NCBI RefSeq assembly: GCF_025055495.1
Contig: NZ_JANWXB010000120.1
Location: forward strand, 1-24,000
Direction of reading: 5' to 3'
DNA from: Thermoflexus sp.
GTDB taxonomy: Bacteria; Chloroflexota; Anaerolineae; Thermoflexales; Thermoflexaceae
Length of the DNA stretch: 24,000 bases
The translations under genes and the position numbers were made by a program. Within the stretch, counting starts at the first letter, position 1. Each line of letters begins with the position of its first letter. The notes under the pieces are model-generated. The model saw only the letters and a program-made list of their open reading frames with translations, had not been told where the DNA came from and did no database searches. Shown here one piece after another: positions 1 through 8,979 of this stretch.

Positions 1-95
1 GAAGGCGGCGCCCCAGCCCCAAAACCCGCGGGAGAGCTCGGAAGTCGCACACGGCGTTCCATATCTCCAACTACCTTAGCGGATGAGGTGCCTCT

Positions 96-1118
96 GTGGC
101 GCAGGCGTTGTTCATGGGAGGCCTTTCCTTCCTGCTGGCCGTCGTCTGGGGTCCGCCCCTGATTCGCTGGCTGCGGGCGAACGGGATCGGGAAGAAGATC
201 CGGATTGAGGGACCACGGACCCATCTGGTGAAGATGGGGACGCCCACAATGGGCGGCCTGATGATTGTGGTGCCGGTTGTGATGCTAACACTGATCTTAA
301 ACATCGGGAACCTGATTGCCAACACGGAGGCGGGGCGAGCCTTCCTGAAACAGATGGGGTGGCCGGGGGATCAGCTGATCGGACGTTCGATCCTGGTGCC
401 GGTGGCGGCCATGCTGGCCTTTGGGGCTCTGGGCGCCGTGGATGATTGGATGGGCACCCGGGGAGGCGGAGGGCTCCTGGCCCGTCATAAATTCCCGATC
501 CAGATCGCCCTCGGGACCGCCCTGGCGCTGGTGTTGCATTTCGGGATGGACCTGCGCAGCGTGGCCATCCCGACAGTGCCGCAGAAGATCGACATCGGGC
601 TCTTCTACCTTCCGATCGCGGTGTTCATCATCGTGGGCTCGGCCAACGCGGTGAACTTCACGGATGGCCTGGACGGCCTAGCCGGGATCATCACCGCGAC
701 GAGCTTCATGGCCTACGGCGTGATCGCCTATCTCCAGGGCCAGATCTATCTGGCCACGTTCTCCTTCATTGTGGTGGGGGCCTGCCTGGCTTTTCTGTGG
801 TTCAACGCCCATCCCGCCCAGCTGATCATGGGAGACATCGGCTCCCAGGCCCTGGGGGCGACCCTGGGGGTGGTGGCCCTGATGACCGGCCAGTGGCTCC
901 TGTTGCCGATTGTGGCGCTGATCCCGGTGGTGGAGACCCTCTCGGTGATTTTGCAGGTGGCCTACTTCAAATGGACCCGGGGGAAGCGGCTGTTCCGCAT
1001 GAGCCCGATCCACCATCATTTCGAGTTGCTCGGGTGGTCCGAGACACAGGTGGTGCAGCGGTTCTGGTTGATCGCCATCTGGTCCTCCATGATCGGCGTG
1101 GCGCTGGCGTTGTTATAA
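96..1118 (+). CDS. mraY: Phospho-N-acetylmuramoyl-pentapeptide-transferase (MraY), GTG start
   Basis: Translation has KKIRIEGPRTHLVKMGTPTMGGLM, NFTDGLDGLAG, FNAHPAQLIMGDIGSQALG and MSPIHHHFELLGW, which are MraY signatures; in-frame TGA at 84-86 and GTG at 96. Confidence 0.97.
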   Translation: MAQALFMGGLSFLLAVVWGPPLIRWLRANGIGKKIRIEGPRTHLVKMGTPTMGGLMIVVPVVMLTLILNIGNLIANTEAGRAFLKQMGWPGDQLIGRSILVPVAAMLAFGALGAVDDWMGTRGGGGLLARHKFPIQIALGTALALVLHFGMDLRSVAIPTVPQKIDIGLFYLPIAVFIIVGSANAVNFTDGLDGLAGIITATSFMAYGVIAYLQGQIYLATFSFIVVGACLAFLWFNAHPAQLIMGDIGSQALGATLGVVALMTGQWLLLPIVALIPVVETLSVILQVAYFKWTRGKRLFRMSPIHHHFELLGWSETQVVQRFWLIAIWSSMIGVALALL

Positions 1119-1124
1119 AAACTA

Positions 1125-1144
1125 CAGCAGCGAATCCGCTGCTG
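1125..1144 (+). promoter_or_regulatory. Perfect 8-bp hairpin (CAGCAGCG-AATC-CGCTGCTG) between mraY and murD
   Basis: Direct inverted repeat 1125-1132 / 1137-1144 with a 4-nt loop; no T-run follows. Confidence 0.5.
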
Positions 1145-1171
1145 CGGGAACCATCACGTTGCGAGAGGGCG

Positions 1172-2548
1172 ATGAGGGATCTCGTTGGTGCTCGTGTGGT
1201 GATCCTGGGGTTGGGCCGGCAGGGATCGGCGCTGGCCCGCTGGCTGGTGCGACAGGGCGCCGAGGTCACCGTCAGCGATCGACAGCCGGCCGATCGCCTT
1301 CAGGGCTTCCTGCACACCCTGGAAGGCCTGCCCATCCAGTATGTGCTCGGGCATCATCCCCTGTCGCTGCTGGAAGGTTGTGATCTCCTCTGCCTGAGCG
1401 GGGGCGTTCCTCTGGACACTCCGATTGTCCAGGAGGCGATCCGGCGAGGGATCCCCCTCGCCAACGACGCGCAGCTGTTCCTGGAGCGCTGCCGGGGATG
1501 GACAGCAGGGATCACGGGCTCCTCCGGGAAGACGACCACGACGGCGCTTGTGGGGGCGATGTGCCAGGCGGCGGGGTTCCGAACTTGGGTGGGCGGGAAC
1601 ATCGGCAACCCGCTGATCGAATTCGTCGAGGAGATCGGACCGGAGGATCGGGTGGTGCTGGAGCTCTCCAGTTTCCAGCTGGAGATCATGACGGTGAGCC
1701 CGCGGGTGGCGGCCGTGTTAAACATCACCCCGAACCATCTGGATCGTCATAAGACGATGGAAGCCTACATCGCTGCTAAACAACGGATCCTCGACTTCCA
1801 GGATGTCGAAGACATCGCGGTGCTGGGTTACGACGATCTGAACGCTCGATCCCTGGCGGCGGCGGTGCGGGGGCGGCTGCGGTTCTTCAGTCGGGAACGG
1901 GAGGTCGCCCGCGGAGCCTTCCTCCGGGGGGAGACCCTCTTCTTGCGCCTGGGAACGGATGCCTGGCCCATCTGTCCGGTGGGGGAGGTGCGCCTGCGGG
2001 GCCGGCACAATTTGTGGAACGTCCTTGCGGCGGCGGCCATCGCCGGCAGCCTGGGGGCGGATCTGGGGGCGATCCGCGAGGTGGCGACGACTTTCTCTGG
2101 CGTGCCCCATCGTCTGGAGCTGGTGCGGGAGGTGCGGGGGGTGCGCTATGTCAACGATTCCATCGCCACGACCCCGGAGCGGGTGCGGATGGCTCTCGAG
2201 GCTTTCGAGGAACCTCTGGTGTTGCTGGCGGGGGGACGGGATAAGCAGCTCCCATGGGATGAAGCCGCGCGGGATATCGCCCGGCGGGTCCGGGTGCTGA
2301 TCTGCTTCGGCGAGATGGGGGATCGGATTGCGGAGGCTGTTCGGATCGCCCGGGCGGGCATCGGAGAGGCCACCCTGGAGCGGGTAGAGCGGGTGGGCAC
2401 GCTGGAGGAAGCGGTGGCGCTGGCCGCCCGGCTGGCTCGCCCGGGAGAGGTGGTGTTGTTGTCTCCAGGAGGGACCAGTTACGATGCCTATCGGGATTTC
2501 GAGGAGCGCGGCGCCCATTTCCGTCAGCTGGTGGAGGCCCTGGGATGA
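1172..2548 (+). CDS. murD: UDP-N-acetylmuramoylalanine--D-glutamate ligase (MurD)
   Basis: MRDLVGARVVILGLGRQGSALARWL N-terminus, ITGSSGKTTTTALVGAM P-loop, NITPNHLDRH, LLAGGRDKQLPW, LLSPGGTSYDAYRDFEERGAHF. ORF track starts at 797, but homology begins at ATG 1172. Confidence 0.95.
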   Translation: MRDLVGARVVILGLGRQGSALARWLVRQGAEVTVSDRQPADRLQGFLHTLEGLPIQYVLGHHPLSLLEGCDLLCLSGGVPLDTPIVQEAIRRGIPLANDAQLFLERCRGWTAGITGSSGKTTTTALVGAMCQAAGFRTWVGGNIGNPLIEFVEEIGPEDRVVLELSSFQLEIMTVSPRVAAVLNITPNHLDRHKTMEAYIAAKQRILDFQDVEDIAVLGYDDLNARSLAAAVRGRLRFFSREREVARGAFLRGETLFLRLGTDAWPICPVGEVRLRGRHNLWNVLAAAAIAGSLGADLGAIREVATTFSGVPHRLELVREVRGVRYVNDSIATTPERVRMALEAFEEPLVLLAGGRDKQLPWDEAARDIARRVRVLICFGEMGDRIAEAVRIARAGIGEATLERVERVGTLEEAVALAARLARPGEVVLLSPGGTSYDAYRDFEERGAHFRQLVEALG

Positions 2549-3771
2549 CCACGGTGCGAAAGCAGTGGTATGGGTCGTCGATTCCACGGGATGGGCCGTT
2601 GACGCTGCCCGGGCTCACCTCCCTGGAACTGGGCTTGTTGGTCCTGCTGGTCACCCTGGTGCTGGCGGGTTTGTTGCTGGTTTACAGCGCCACCTACTAT
2701 CTGGCGCGACAGATTTTCGATGATCCGTTTTATTTCGTCCGACGCCAGGCTGGAGCCGCGCTGGCGGGAACGCTCGCCCTCCTGGGGGTGTGGCGGATGG
2801 ACTATCGGCGTCTGCAGCGATTTTCGATCCCCCTGATGCTCCTGGGGGTGGCTTCTCTCATTGCCGTGCTCTTCGTGGGGGAAGAGCGGCTGGGCGCCCG
2901 ACGGGCTTTCTCCGGTGGCTCCTTCCAGCCTTCGGAGTTCGTCAAGCCGATCATCATTCTGTATCTGGCAACGTGGTTGCCAACCAAGGGCGAACGCTTG
3001 CGGGAGTTCGGCCGCGGGTTCCTTCCATTCCTAATGGTGTTGAGCGTGGTGGTCATCCCGATCTTCCTGCAACCGGATCTGGGGACTGGGATGCTGATCG
3101 GGATGGTCGCCGCCTGGATGTTCGTGGCTTCCGGTGCTACTCCGATCCAGGTGCTCCTTGGATTGGCGCTGGGGGCAGGGGTGTTCGGAGTCCTAGTGCA
3201 AGTGCATCCCCATGCGATGGCGCGGTTGCTGGATTACCTGGAGGCCCTGAGAGGCCCAGAAGGCGCCCAGGGACATCTGAGCGCGGTCTGGCAGGCGATC
3301 CGCTCAGGGGGCCTCTTCGGGAGGGGGCCGGGGGCGATCCTCTACACCCTCAGCGGCCGGGTGCCGCTTCCCCATTCCGACAGCGCCTTCGCCGTAGTGG
3401 GAGAGGCCTTTGGGTTCGTCGGCGTGATGGGGCTGATCAGCCTGTTGAGCCTCTGGGTGTTCCTGGGGTTCCGTGTGGCTCGACAGGCGTGCGATGCCTT
3501 CGGCGGCCTGTTGGCGTTGGGAGTGACGCTGTGGATCGCATGGCAGGGATTGATCAATCTGGGTGGGCTGACGGGCGTGATCCCTTTCTCGGGAATCCCC
3601 TTCCCGTTTATCAGCTACGGCGGCTCCGCCCTGCTCAGCGAGTTGATCGGCGCAGGGATGTTGCTCAGCGTCGCCAGGAGGCGGGGGGATGAGGATCTGG
3701 ATCGCCGCGGGCGGGACCGGCGGGCACATCTATCCGGCGCTGGCCGTCGCGGAGGCGCTCCGGGCCGTTGA
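2545..3771 (+). CDS. ftsW: FtsW/RodA/SpoVE-family SEDS protein, FtsW by cluster position
   Basis: Multi-helix protein with LLLVYSAT, FQPSEFVKPIIILYLATW, LQPDLGTGMLI, NLGGLTGVIPFSGIPFPFISYGGSALLSELIGAGMLLSV; ATGA overlap with murD. Confidence 0.94.
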   Translation: MTTVRKQWYGSSIPRDGPLTLPGLTSLELGLLVLLVTLVLAGLLLVYSATYYLARQIFDDPFYFVRRQAGAALAGTLALLGVWRMDYRRLQRFSIPLMLLGVASLIAVLFVGEERLGARRAFSGGSFQPSEFVKPIIILYLATWLPTKGERLREFGRGFLPFLMVLSVVVIPIFLQPDLGTGMLIGMVAAWMFVASGATPIQVLLGLALGAGVFGVLVQVHPHAMARLLDYLEALRGPEGAQGHLSAVWQAIRSGGLFGRGPGAILYTLSGRVPLPHSDSAFAVVGEAFGFVGVMGLISLLSLWVFLGFRVARQACDAFGGLLALGVTLWIAWQGLINLGGLTGVIPFSGIPFPFISYGGSALLSELIGAGMLLSVARRRGDEDLDRRGRDRRAHLSGAGRRGGAPGR

Positions 3772-4837
3772 TCCGGACCTGGAGCTGATCTGGGTGGGCA
3801 CGCGGGAAGGGATGGAGGCCCGTCTCATTCCCCCGCGCGGTTATCCGTTTCTTCCTGTGGAAGCGGGCGGTGTGTATGGGATGGGTTGGCGGCGGGGATG
3901 GAAGGGGCTCTGGCGGGTGGTTCGGGGGACCCTTCAGGCCTGGCGGGAGATGGGTCGGCGACGCCCTCAGGTGGTGTTCACCACCGGAGGATTTGTGTCG
4001 ATCCCGGCGGCCCTCGCCGCGGCAGGATCTGGGGTTCCGATCCTGGTTTACCTGCCGGACATCGAACCGGGCCTTGCGGTCCGTATCCTGTCCCGTCTGG
4101 CCGCCTGGGTGGCGGTGACCGCGCCGGAAGCCGGGGAGGCCTTGCGAAGGCCGGCGGTGGTCACCGGGTATCCGGTGCGTCGCGCGCTGGTGGAGGCGGC
4201 TCGATCTCAGGAAGAGACCCGTCAGCGAGGGCTCGCCCGCTGGAGGTTCCATCCGGAGGTTCCGGTGGTGCTGGTGTTTGGGGGAAGTCGAGGGGCTCGC
4301 CGGCTGAACCAAGCGGTCGCTCGGCATCTGGAGACGCTGACAGCGGAGGCGCAGGTGCTCCATCTCACCGGACCGGCGGATCTGGAGGCCATGCAACGAC
4401 GGCGAATGGAGCTCCCTCCCGAGGGCCGGGTCCGTTATCAACCGGTGGCGTATCTGGACGAAGAGATGGGGGAAGCGCTGGCGATGGCGGATCTGGCCGT
4501 GTGCCGGGCAGGGGCCTCCACCCTGGGGGAACTTCCTCTGTTCGGGCTGCCGGCGGTGCTGGTGCCTTATCCTTACGTGCGGCGCCATCAGGAACGCAAC
4601 GCCGCCTATCTGGTCCGGCACGGAGGCGCCGTGATGATCCCGGACGAGGAGATCGAGGAGCGGCTGGGGGAAGTCGTGCGGGATCTCCTGCGCAACCCGG
4701 GCCGTCTGAGCCAAATGCGCCGCCGGATGGCGGCGCTGGCCCGGCCGGAGGCAGCGGATCGCCTGGCCGCCCTGGTGATGGAGCAAATGAAAGGTCTGGG
4801 CTCCGTTCAGGCCGTCCGGGTGGGGAGGGGGCAATGA
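3689..4837 (+). CDS. murG: UDP-N-acetylglucosamine--N-acetylmuramyl-(pentapeptide) pyrophosphoryl-undecaprenol GlcNAc transferase (MurG)
   Basis: MRIWIAAGGTGGHIYPALAVAEAL, VVFTTGGFVSIPAALAA, VVLVFGGSRGARRLNQAV, ADLAVCRAGASTLGELPLFGLPAVLVPYPY. Confidence 0.95.
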   Translation: MRIWIAAGGTGGHIYPALAVAEALRAVDPDLELIWVGTREGMEARLIPPRGYPFLPVEAGGVYGMGWRRGWKGLWRVVRGTLQAWREMGRRRPQVVFTTGGFVSIPAALAAAGSGVPILVYLPDIEPGLAVRILSRLAAWVAVTAPEAGEALRRPAVVTGYPVRRALVEAARSQEETRQRGLARWRFHPEVPVVLVFGGSRGARRLNQAVARHLETLTAEAQVLHLTGPADLEAMQRRRMELPPEGRVRYQPVAYLDEEMGEALAMADLAVCRAGASTLGELPLFGLPAVLVPYPYVRRHQERNAAYLVRHGGAVMIPDEEIEERLGEVVRDLLRNPGRLSQMRRRMAALARPEAADRLAALVMEQMKGLGSVQAVRVGRGQ

Positions 4838-5358
4838 TTGCATTGCACATGGTCTTCTGGGCCTTTGTGCTTCTCTTCGCCTTGATTGGTGCATTGCGAG
4901 GGGTAGCCAAGGAGATCCTGGTCAGCGCCTCGATCGTGGGGGTCATGTTCTTCTTCAGCCTGCTGCAGCAATTCGCGCCAGCCGTTTGGGAGTCGTTCAC
5001 CAGAGATCCAGCCACCGGGTTTTTTGCCGAGACGATTGCGATTGGCATAGCAGCGTTCTTTGGTTACGCGGGGCCTGCTCTGTCCGTGCAGTTAGCCGGT
5101 CGGGCGAAGCGGGAGAAGGGCGTGGAGATCATCGCGGGTTTCGCCGCTGGGGCCATTAACGGATGGTTGATCGCTGGCTCGATCCTGTTCTTCCTGCACC
5201 GCGCGGGATATCCCTTCCCGGAGGTCCTGCAACCTCCGGGCCCCAACAGCCCGATGATGGATCTGCTGTCCTGGATGCCTCCCGCGGTGCTGAAGCCACC
5301 ACTTCTCTACTTTATGGTGGTTATCATGCTGTTCGCGCTGTTGGTATTTTATCTCTAA
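4834..5358 (+). CDS. Small polytopic membrane protein, CvpA-like
   Basis: ATGA overlap with murG; translation MIALHMVFWAFVLLFALIGALRGVAKEILVSASIVGVMFFF... has a short hydrophobic N-terminus followed by an RG motif and several hydrophobic segments, resembling CvpA-family proteins. No search was possible. Confidence 0.72.
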   Translation: MIALHMVFWAFVLLFALIGALRGVAKEILVSASIVGVMFFFSLLQQFAPAVWESFTRDPATGFFAETIAIGIAAFFGYAGPALSVQLAGRAKREKGVEIIAGFAAGAINGWLIAGSILFFLHRAGYPFPEVLQPPGPNSPMMDLLSWMPPAVLKPPLLYFMVVIMLFALLVFYL

Positions 5359-5372
5359 CGGAGGTGGGTGCG

Positions 5373-5442
5373 GGCTGCCGAAGGCGGCCTGTGCCCATCT
5401 CCAACGCGCGGCCCTGCCGGCCGTGGAGAGGGGCGAATTCGC
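5373..5442 (+). repeat. Intergenic hairpin element A (cvpA-like/murC gap)
   Basis: GGCTGCC-GAA-GGCGGCC (5373-5389), CTCCA...TGGAG (5399-5403/5424-5428) enclosing CGGCC/GGCCG, and palindrome GCGAATTCGC (5433-5442). Contains GGCCGTGGAGAGGGG (5419-5433). Confidence 0.45.
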
Positions 5443-5448
5443 AATCCG

Positions 5449-6846
5449 ATGGGGAAAACCGGAATGGTGCAGTTGCGGCCTAACCTGACGTTTCATCTGA
5501 TCGGCATCGGCGGGGCCGGGCTCTCGGCCCTGGCGACGGTGCTGCATGAGGCCGGGTATGCAGTGAGCGGGTGCGATCGCTCTCCCTCACCCTTCGTGGA
5601 CTCCCTTCGCGCCCTGGGCGTTCCGGTGCATCTGGGCCACGATCCCGCCCACGTTCAGTATGCGGGGGTGGTCGTGCGCTCTTCCGCCGTCCCGCCGGAT
5701 CATCCGGAGGTCCGGGCGGCGGAGGAGCTGGGTCGACCGGTGGTGAAACGGGAGGCGGTGATCGGGGCGCTGATGGCCGACCGGATGGGGATCGCGGTGG
5801 CGGGGACGCATGGGAAGACCACGACCACGGCGATGCTGGCCTGGATCGCTATGGCCGCCGGCCGCGATCCGTCCTTCATCGTCGGCGGCCTGATCCGGGG
5901 CCTGAACCGCAACGCGCGGGCGGGGCGTGGGGATCTCTTCATCGTGGAGGCCGATGAATACGACCGGATGTTCCTGGGATTGCGGCCGCGGATTGCGGTG
6001 GTGACAACGATTGAACATGATCACCCGGATTGTTACCCGACGCCGGAGGCTTTCTTCGATGCGTTCGTGACGTTTGTGGAGCGAGTGCCATCCGATGGGA
6101 TTCTGGTGGCATGTGATGCGGATCCCGGGGCCCGCCGTCTGGCAGACCGGGTAGAGGCCCATGGCCGAGCCGTGATGCGGTATGGCTGGGGGCCTCCCGC
6201 CCTGTGGTGGGCCCGGCCCATGGCGGTGGATCGCTTTGAGATCTATCGGGGGGATCAGCCCATCGGCGAGCTGACGCTCCAGGTCCCCGGGCATCATCAC
6301 GGCTTGAACGCGTTGGCGGCGCTGGCGGTGGCGGAGGCGGTGGGGATCCCCCCGGCGAACGCCCTGGAAGCCCTGGGTCGATTCCCGGGCACAGCCCGGC
6401 GGTTTGAGGTGAAGGGCGAGGCGCAGGGGGTGCTGGTTATCGACGATTACGCCCATCACCCCGGAGAGATCCGGGCCACGCTCCGGGCCGCCCGCGCCCG
6501 GTATCCACGCCGTCCGATCTGGGCGGTGTTCCAGCCTCATACCTACAGCCGGACACGGGCGTTGTTGAAGGAATTCGCGCAGGCCTTCGAAGATGCCGAC
6601 CATGTGATTCTCACCCCGATCTACGCGGCTCGCGAGACGGACACCCTCGGGGTGAGCAGCCAGGATATCGTCCAGCAGATGATCCATCCGGATGCCCGAC
6701 ATTTTCCGGATTTCGATACCGCGATCGCTTATCTGAAGGAACATATCCGACCTGGGGATGTCGTGTTGACCCTGGGCGCCGGGGATGGATACCGGATTGG
6801 AGAGCGGTTATTAGATCTCTTGGGCCAGTCGGGGGAAGGACGATGA
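5449..6846 (+). CDS. murC: UDP-N-acetylmuramate--L-alanine ligase (MurC)
   Basis: FHLIGIGGAGLSALATVLHEAGYAVSGCD, GTHGKTTTTAML, EADEYDRMFLGLRPRIAVVTTIEHDHPD, VIDDYAHHPGEIRATL, FQPHTYSRTRAL. ATG 5464 is an alternative start. Confidence 0.95.
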   Translation: MGKTGMVQLRPNLTFHLIGIGGAGLSALATVLHEAGYAVSGCDRSPSPFVDSLRALGVPVHLGHDPAHVQYAGVVVRSSAVPPDHPEVRAAEELGRPVVKREAVIGALMADRMGIAVAGTHGKTTTTAMLAWIAMAAGRDPSFIVGGLIRGLNRNARAGRGDLFIVEADEYDRMFLGLRPRIAVVTTIEHDHPDCYPTPEAFFDAFVTFVERVPSDGILVACDADPGARRLADRVEAHGRAVMRYGWGPPALWWARPMAVDRFEIYRGDQPIGELTLQVPGHHHGLNALAALAVAEAVGIPPANALEALGRFPGTARRFEVKGEAQGVLVIDDYAHHPGEIRATLRAARARYPRRPIWAVFQPHTYSRTRALLKEFAQAFEDADHVILTPIYAARETDTLGVSSQDIVQQMIHPDARHFPDFDTAIAYLKEHIRPGDVVLTLGAGDGYRIGERLLDLLGQSGEGR

Positions 6847-7835
6847 AAGCGGCCTCCGAGGTCATCCCCGGCGAGGCCCTAACGGCGGCGCTGAGGCGAT
6901 GGGGACTGGCGCTGGAGCGGGATATTCCCCTGGCCCGGTTCACCACATCCCGCATCGGTGGGCCGGCGGATGCCCTGGTGATCGTGGAGGACGTCCAGGC
7001 GCTGGTGGATGTCGTGCGGGGCGCATGGTCGGATGGGATCCCGGTTACCCTGCTGGGCGGGGGCTCGAACGTCCTGATCGCCGACCGGGGGGTGCGGGGG
7101 CTGGTCGTGCTGAACCGGGCGCGGGCGTTGCGCTTCGAAACCGATGGGCGGGTGTGGGCGGCTTCTGGCGTCTTGCTGCCGACCCTGGCCCGGCTGTGCG
7201 CCGAACGGGGGTGGTCCGGCCTGGAGTGGGCCATCGGGATTCCCGGCACGGTGGGCGGAGCTGTGGTGGGCAACGCGGGAGCCCACGGAGGAGATATCGC
7301 GGGTTGCCTGGAGTCGGTGGAATTGCTGTTGCCGGAAGGGAGCATTGCGACCTGGGGCGCGGAGCAGCTGGAGCTGAGCTATCGAACCAGCCGGTTGAAG
7401 ACGTGGCCAACCGTGCCGCGGCCGGTGGTCCTCGCCGCCCGTTTCGCCCTTCGACCGGAGGATCCGGAGGCGATTCTGGAGCGGATGGCGGCCTTCAACG
7501 CTTACCGTCGACGCACCCAGCCGGGTGGGGCGAGCATCGGCTCGATGTTCCGGAACCCGCCCGGGGATTACGCTGGCCGTCTGATCGAAGCGGCGGGCCT
7601 CAAGGGGGCCCGCCGGGGAGCGATTGTGATTTCTACTCTGCATGCGAATTTCTTCATCAACGAGGGAGACGGCACGGCCGCCGACGTGCGGGCCCTGATG
7701 GTCGAGGTCCAGCGTTGTGTTCTGGAACGATTCGGCGTGCTCCTGGAGCCGGAGATCGAGTTCATCGGGGAGTGGGAGGATGAAACGACGGATCCGGGTG
7801 GGCGTGCTGTTCGGGGGAAAGTCCGGGGAGCATGA
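6843..7835 (+). CDS. murB: UDP-N-acetylenolpyruvoylglucosamine reductase (MurB)
   Basis: ATGA overlap with murC; RIGGPADALVIVE, LLGGGSNVLIADRGVRGLVV, IPGTVGGAVVGNAGAHGG, YRTSRLK, ASIGSMFRNPPGDYAGRLIEAAGLKG, HANFFIN. Confidence 0.95.
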   Translation: MKAASEVIPGEALTAALRRWGLALERDIPLARFTTSRIGGPADALVIVEDVQALVDVVRGAWSDGIPVTLLGGGSNVLIADRGVRGLVVLNRARALRFETDGRVWAASGVLLPTLARLCAERGWSGLEWAIGIPGTVGGAVVGNAGAHGGDIAGCLESVELLLPEGSIATWGAEQLELSYRTSRLKTWPTVPRPVVLAARFALRPEDPEAILERMAAFNAYRRRTQPGGASIGSMFRNPPGDYAGRLIEAAGLKGARRGAIVISTLHANFFINEGDGTAADVRALMVEVQRCVLERFGVLLEPEIEFIGEWEDETTDPGGRAVRGKVRGA

Positions 7836-8979
7836 GGTGAGTCTCCTGTCGGCCCAATCGGTGATCCGGGCGCTGGACAAGACGAAATACGAGGTGATCC
7901 CCATCGGGATCACCAAAGAGGGCCGCTGGCTCACCCGGGGGGATCCGATGAAGGCCCTGACAGGCGGGGCAGTGACAATGGCCGATTTGCTGGGAACGCC
8001 GCCCGTTATAGAGCCGGAATCAACCGCTTATCTGGCTGTTCCCCCGCGTCGGGAGCTGATCCCGGGAGTCCAGGCGGATGGGATCCCAGAGGTGGATGTG
8101 ATCTTCCCGGTGCTTCACGGACCTTTCGGGGAGGATGGGACGATCCAGGGATTACTGGAATTGGCGAATATTCCCTATGTCGGCGCGGGGGTGCTGGCCT
8201 CGGCCGTGGGAATGGATAAGGCGGTGATGAAGGATGTGTTCCGGGCCCATGGCCTCCCGGTTGCTCGTTACATCGTGGTCTTCCGACGGGAGTGGGAGCG
8301 GGATCCGGAAGACGTGATGGATCGAATTGAGCGCGAGATCGGGTTTCCGTGCTTCGTCAAGCCGGCCAACCTGGGTTCCAGCGTAGGCGTTTCCAAAGTG
8401 AAGCGACGGGAGGAACTCCCGATCGCTCTGCCGGAGGCGGCCCGTTACGGGCGCAAGATGCTGGTCGAACGGGCGGTCCCAGCGGCCCGGGAGATCGAGG
8501 TCAGTGTGCTGGGGAATGAGGACCCTATTGCCTCGGTGCCGGGCGAGGTGATCCCGGCGGGGGAATTTTACGACTATGCCGCGAAGTATCTGGACGATCG
8601 AACCCAACTGGTGATCCCGGCCCCGCTGGATGAGGCGCTGGCGGAGCGGATCCGATCCCTGGCCCTGGCGGCCTTTCGGGCGATCGATGCATGCGGGATG
8701 GCTCGGGTGGATTTCCTGCTCTCCCGGGAGACGGGGGAGCTGGTGGTCAATGAGATCAACACCATCCCAGGCTTCACAGCGGTCAGCATGTATCCGCGCC
8801 TGTGGGAGGCCAGCGGCCTGTCGTATCCGACGTTGCTGGATCGACTGATCGAACTGGCGCTGGAGCGGTATCAGGATCGCCAGCGGGATGCCATTGCTTA
8901 CGAGGGGCTGACATGGCTTTCTTCCAGTCGCGCCGACGGCGCGCTGCGAGAAGACGACAGCGAACCTTCCACTCGGTGA
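7780..8979 (+). CDS. ddl: D-alanine--D-alanine ligase (Ddl)
   Basis: MKRRIRVGVLFGGKSGEHEVSLLSAQSVIRALD, FPVLHGPFGEDGTIQGLLELANIPYVGAGVLASAVGMDK, FPCFVKPANLGSSVGVSKV, EVSVLGN, RVDFLL, VNEINTIPGFTAVSMYPRLWEASG. ORF track starts at 7717; ATG 7780 matches the family N-terminus. Confidence 0.95.
   Translation: MKRRIRVGVLFGGKSGEHEVSLLSAQSVIRALDKTKYEVIPIGITKEGRWLTRGDPMKALTGGAVTMADLLGTPPVIEPESTAYLAVPPRRELIPGVQADGIPEVDVIFPVLHGPFGEDGTIQGLLELANIPYVGAGVLASAVGMDKAVMKDVFRAHGLPVARYIVVFRREWERDPEDVMDRIEREIGFPCFVKPANLGSSVGVSKVKRREELPIALPEAARYGRKMLVERAVPAAREIEVSVLGNEDPIASVPGEVIPAGEFYDYAAKYLDDRTQLVIPAPLDEALAERIRSLALAAFRAIDACGMARVDFLLSRETGELVVNEINTIPGFTAVSMYPRLWEASGLSYPTLLDRLIELALERYQDRQRDAIAYEGLTWLSSSRADGALREDDSEPSTR

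Noticed and set aside
1-95. Possible C-terminus of an upstream gene ending at TGA 84-86
   Set aside because: Too short, with no recognisable motif, so I could not assign it to murF or any other gene.
797-2548. 583-aa version of the MurD ORF beginning inside mraY
   Set aside because: MurD homology starts at ATG 1172; the N-terminal extension is an out-of-frame reading of mraY.
3886-5358. 490-aa plus-strand ORF starting inside murG
   Set aside because: Only the part from ATG 4834 looks like a real protein; the upstream portion is the out-of-frame reading of murG.
5587-7934. Long minus-strand ORFs (5587-6744 and 6879-7934) across murC and murB
   Set aside because: Shadow ORFs of murC and murB with no recognisable domain content.
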